Positions 18,551 through 20,094 of a stretch of 20,094 nucleotides of DNA are shown here, piece after piece. This DNA comes from Deferribacterales bacterium (GTDB taxonomy: Bacteria > Chrysiogenota > Deferribacteres > Deferribacterales > Geovibrionaceae), in NCBI GenBank assembly GCA_050253335.1, contig JBFWJG010000042.1:1-20094 (forward strand), written 5' to 3'. The position numbers and the translations under genes are program-made. The stretch's first letter is position 1. Every line of letters starts with the position of its first letter. The notes beneath the pieces are model-generated. The model worked only from the letters and a program-made list of their open reading frames with translations. It had not been told where the DNA came from and made no database searches.

Positions 18551-19941
18551 TTAACACCCCCGAAGGTTTTTCTGCAGTCGGAAATACAACCCTCAACAGC
18601 CGCAGCGGCAGCCATAATCGGGCTCACAAGCAGTGTTCTGCCTGTGGAGGAACCCTGACGTCCTTTGAAGTTTCTGTTTGAGGTGGACGCGCTTATCTGA
18701 TCCCCTTTGAGCCTGTCGGGGTTCATGGCAAGGCACATGGAGCATCCGGGCTCACGCCATTCGAAGCCCGCTTCCCTGAAAACAGCGTCAAGCCCCTCTT
18801 TCTCGGCGAGCGCCTTAACCTCGTAAGAGCCGGGAACCGCAAGCGCCCTGACATGGGACGCCACCTTCCGCCCCTTGAGGTATTTCGCCGCCAGACGGAA
18901 ATCCTCTATACGTCCGTTGGTGCAGCTTCCGATGAAGCAGACATCTATTTTTTTGCCTTCCATCTTATCGCCAGCGCCAAACTTCATATATTCAAGAGCT
19001 TCCTTCATAGTCTCGTTCACAGGTGCGGGTATGCTTTCCGAAATGCCTATGCCCTGCTCAGGGTTGATTCCCCATGTGACCATGGGTTCTATCTCAGACG
19101 CATCGAATACCACAACATCATCATACTCAGCGTCAGCATCGGAGGCTATGCTCTTCCAGTATTCTTTGCGTTTTTCAAACTCTTCGCCTTTAGGTGCATA
19201 AGGTCTGCCCTTGAGATATTCAAAAGTCACCTCATCGGGGTTGATATAGCCTACCCTTGCGCCGCCCTCAATCGCCATGTTGCAGAGGGTCATTCTCGCT
19301 TCCATACTCATGTTCTTCACAGCTTCGCCGCAGAACTCGTAAGCATAGCCCAGGCCGCCGTTAACACCCAGTTTGCGGATAACATGAAGGATTACATCTT
19401 TGGATGTAACCATATCGCCCAGCCTGCCTTTTATCTCTATCTTCCTCACTTTGAAGGGGGAGATTGTCATTGTCTGCGTGGCGAGAACATCACGCACCTG
19501 GCTTGTGCCTATCCCGAAGGCTATTGCGCCGAAAGCGCCGTGTGTCGCCGTGTGCGAATCACCGCAGGCAACGGTCATCCCCGGCTGGGTGAGCCCCTGC
19601 TCGGGGCCTACTATATGCACAACACCCTGCGCGCCTGACTCGGGGTTGAAAAACTTTATGCCGAATTCTTTTGTATTAGCCTCTATAGCCTGCATCATCT
19701 CTTCTGCCATAGGGTCGGCGAAGGGACGCTCACGCCCGTCCGTGGGGATAATGTGGTCGCAGGTTGCGTATGTTCTGTCCGGATAAGCCACCTTAATCCC
19801 AAGCTCCCTGATCATGGCAAATGCCTGCGGGCTGGTGACTTCGTGGATAAGATGCAGTCCTATGAAAAGCTGGGACTGACCGCTGGGAAGCTCACGCACA
19901 AGGTGCTTTTCCCATACTTTCTGAAAAAGATTTTTGCCCAT
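18547..19941 (-). CDS. leuC: 3-isopropylmalate dehydratase large subunit
   Basis: [22 protein letters not shown], and Fe-S ligands GSCTNGR and GCSMCLAMN. Start moved from 20040 to the ATG at 19941 (AAGGAG SD at 19950-19955). 464 aa. Confidence 0.97.
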   Translation of the reverse strand: MGKNLFQKVWEKHLVRELPSGQSQLFIGLHLIHEVTSPQAFAMIRELGIKVAYPDRTYATCDHIIPTDGRERPFADPMAEEMMQAIEANTKEFGIKFFNPESGAQGVVHIVGPEQGLTQPGMTVACGDSHTATHGAFGAIAFGIGTSQVRDVLATQTMTISPFKVRKIEIKGRLGDMVTSKDVILHVIRKLGVNGGLGYAYEFCGEAVKNMSMEARMTLCNMAIEGGARVGYINPDEVTFEYLKGRPYAPKGEEFEKRKEYWKSIASDADAEYDDVVVFDASEIEPMVTWGINPEQGIGISESIPAPVNETMKEALEYMKFGAGDKMEGKKIDVCFIGSCTNGRIEDFRLAAKYLKGRKVASHVRALAVPGSYEVKALAEKEGLDAVFREAGFEWREPGCSMCLAMNPDRLKGDQISASTSNRNFKGRQGSSTGRTLLVSPIMAAAAAVEGCISDCRKTFGGVK

Positions 19942-19944
19942 CTC

Positions 19945-19963
19945 TATATCTCCTTGTTTTATA
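19945..19963. repeat. 19-bp direct repeat, copy A (contains the leuC SD)
   Basis: TATATCTCCTTGTTTTATA, 18/19 identical to 20069-20087. Confidence 0.85.
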
Positions 19964-20068
19964 TCGGCGAACCTACGTCCTGTGGTTCGCCTGAAACCGC
20001 TCGCGCCGTGGTAAACACGGCTTCGCTCCGCACGGCGCAAGTCCTTCCATGGACTTGTGTAAGCAGCG
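19964..20068 (-). mobile_element. Structured element, copy 2 (105 bp, three hairpins), putative non-autonomous insertion in the leuC leader
   Basis: Minus strand ACACAAGTCC-ATGGAA-GGACTTGCGC, CGTGCGGAGCG, GCCGTG-TTTAC-CACGGC, GGCGAACC-ACAGGACGTA-GGTTCGCC. Bounded by 19-bp direct repeats and homologous to 17870-17943. Mobility is inferred. Confidence 0.55.
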
Positions 20069-20087
20069 TATATCTTCTTGTTTTATA
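20069..20087. repeat. 19-bp direct repeat, copy B
   Basis: TATATCTTCTTGTTTTATA. The single difference from copy A changes the SD GGAG to GAAG on the minus strand. Confidence 0.85.
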
Positions 20088-20094
20088 GTTTTAT

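Noticed and set aside
19942..20040. 33-aa N-terminal extension of LeuC in the ORF track
   Set aside because: It is a translation of the structured element. The strong SD and the LeuC-like N-terminus begin at ATG 19941.
19973..20050. u[28 protein letters not shown] (- strand) as a leucine attenuator leader peptide
   Set aside because: Only two non-adjacent Leu codons, no clear SD, and no U-tailed terminator before leuC.
19945..20087. CRISPR array from the 19-bp direct repeats
   Set aside because: Only two short repeats, a 105-bp structured spacer and no cas genes in the window.

Overview
A 20-kb, mostly housekeeping region of a bacterial chromosome. The gene set tentatively suggests a Deferribacterota-like anaerobe, which is an unverified impression. 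Minus strand: leuC-leuD; glyS-ppdK; a cytoplasmic GAF-like histidine kinase with a single-domain response regulator; four tRNAs (Arg-TCT, His-GTG, Leu-TAG, Gly-GCC); and tig-clpP-clpX-lon-rpsU (partial). Plus strand: an overlapping DUF72 / HemL-like class III aminotransferase / stand-alone FlhB-C operon, an AT-rich regulatory region, and two tandem SatP/YaaH-family transporter genes. The most unusual signal is non-coding. Two diverged copies of one structured element flank leuCD in inverted orientation (17870-17943 + and 19964-20068 -). They share exact 11-nt and 9-nt blocks and near-identical spacing, their stems differ in sequence yet still pair, and both carry a GGA-loop hairpin resembling a CsrA/RsmA site. 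The copy in the leuC leader sits between 19-bp direct repeats that duplicate the leuC Shine-Dalgarno, as expected for an insertion with a long target-site duplication.
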